A DNA stretch of 64,000 bases from NCBI GenBank assembly GCA_964035545.1, contig OZ037770.1, positions 2,108,001 through 2,172,000 on the forward strand. The letters are read 5' to 3'. Both the position numbers and the translations under genes were made by a program. Every line of letters begins with the position of its first letter. Within the stretch, counting starts at the first letter, position 1. The notes beneath the pieces were generated by a model that was not told where the DNA came from, did no database searches, and saw only the letters and a program-made list of their open reading frames with translations. The DNA is from Bugula neritina. Taxonomy: Eukaryota; Animalia; Bryozoa. This document shows, piece after piece, positions 1-64,000 of this stretch.

Positions 1-503
1 AAAGCAAATCAAACAGAACTTAGCAAACACATTTGGCAACTAACTAACAAAAACATTAAGCACAACATAAGCTGGAAAATATTAAGAAAAGCGAAAGCAT
101 ACAACACAACTACCAAAAGGTGTAATTTATGCCTATGGGAAAGTTTCTTTATTTTATACAAACCTAACATGTGTACTTTAAACAAGCGAAACGAACTCTT
201 ATCAACCTGCCGACACTCAAAAACATTCTTACTGTGCAACCACAAAACCTAGAAACTCTGTGGCCTATTTATATTTTAAGTACTATAGTAAATAATATAC
301 AAATACCCATAGAGAATAGTCACCCAACAAAAACTTCATGCATCTGCTATAAATTATGTTTTTACATTACATCATGGTTTTTTATATATTAATTTACACC
401 TACAAACCTATATAACAATACAGCCACTACTATGTCTTCGTTACGTTTTACCTTGTGTTTAGCATTTTGATTTTCTTAATGTAAAAATTTAAATTTGTCA
501 ATA

Positions 504-550
504 TTGTGCCTAAGGAGTGCCGAAGAGGCATGAAACTATTAGTAGTGCAA
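504..550 (+). ncRNA. Degenerate hammerhead ribozyme (core mutated to CTAAGGA)
   Basis: ttgtgc-CTAAGGA-gtgcc/ggcat-GAAA-ctattag-TA-gtgcaa, next to (TA)n. Confidence 0.4.
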
Positions 551-585
551 TAAAACAACATCTATATAATTAAATTGCTCTTTTC

Positions 586-1477
<892 letters not shown>

Positions 1478-1569
1478 ATGGTGTATAGTTTATCTGAAGA
1501 TTGTGTACATTCTATGCACATGAAACTAGTAGTAATAAAGTGTTTTAAATCAAATTTTATCGTTCATTA

Positions 1570-1651
<82 letters not shown>

Positions 1652-1740
1652 TAATGAACGATAAAATTTGATTTAAAACACTTTATTACTACTAGTTTCA
1701 TGTGCATAGAATGTACACAATATTCAGATAAACTATACAC

Positions 1741-1743
<3 letters not shown>
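1478..1743. mobile_element. Inverted pair of Penelope pLTR-like ~97-bp arms around (TA)n
   Basis: 1478-1574 is the near-perfect reverse complement of 1647-1743; each arm contains a hammerhead motif. Confidence 0.7.
1490..1535 (+). ncRNA. Type I hammerhead ribozyme
   Basis: ttat-CTGAAGA-t-tgtgta..tgcaca-t-GAAA-ctag-TA-gtaa; palindromic stem III; the inverted copy has CTGAATA. Confidence 0.7.
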
Positions 1744-1828
<85 letters not shown>

Positions 1829-1970
1829 TACATATGTAATATAAGTAATCTGTTTTAGCTAAAACAGAAAACAAATAGTTTAATATGTGGATGATTCTAA
1901 CATTAAAACTATAAAAAATAGTGTCTATTTGAAAGAATACTCTCCAAATAGAATGGGCATCAAAACTTAC

Positions 1971-63910
<61,940 letters not shown>

Positions 63911-64000
63911 CTATAATTCATGAAAAAGAAAAAGCGTGGCAGTTGAAAGTTTATTCCACTAATATCTCTTCAAATTTTCAAAACCTTGAAAGTAAAAATT

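Noticed and set aside
431-474. Possible next or terminal exon (KIKMLNTR*)
   Set aside because: Weak acceptor and no 42-nt fit; cannot be supported without transcripts

Overview
AT-rich eukaryotic (probably invertebrate) genomic DNA. The whole window lies inside one minus-strand host gene, an atlastin/GBP/RNF112-family large GTPase. Its G2, G3 and G4 motifs are visible; the 5' end lies beyond the window and no terminal exon was confidently found. The C-terminal tail is built from at least 23 micro-exons of exactly 42 nt, all phase 0, each encoding two coiled-coil heptads. One ~30.5-kb intron holds a decayed Maverick/Polinton (adintovirus-like endogenous virus, 33111-61942) with AG...CT ends, 233-bp TIRs and a TATATA TSD. 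It encodes pPolB with an EndoVII insert, an adenain protease, a major capsid protein, an rve integrase, a packaging ATPase, a PLA2, a fibre-like gene and three tandem paralogues. Nested in it are two Ty3/Gypsy elements, a solo LTR, a CACTA-like element and a MITE, and it is bracketed by an inverted pair of hammerhead-ribozyme (Penelope pLTR-like) segments. Three more inverted hammerhead pairs sit in (TA)n tracts. Two related Gypsy elements carry an extra C2H2 zinc-finger ORF at the env position. All calls were read by eye; no database search was run.
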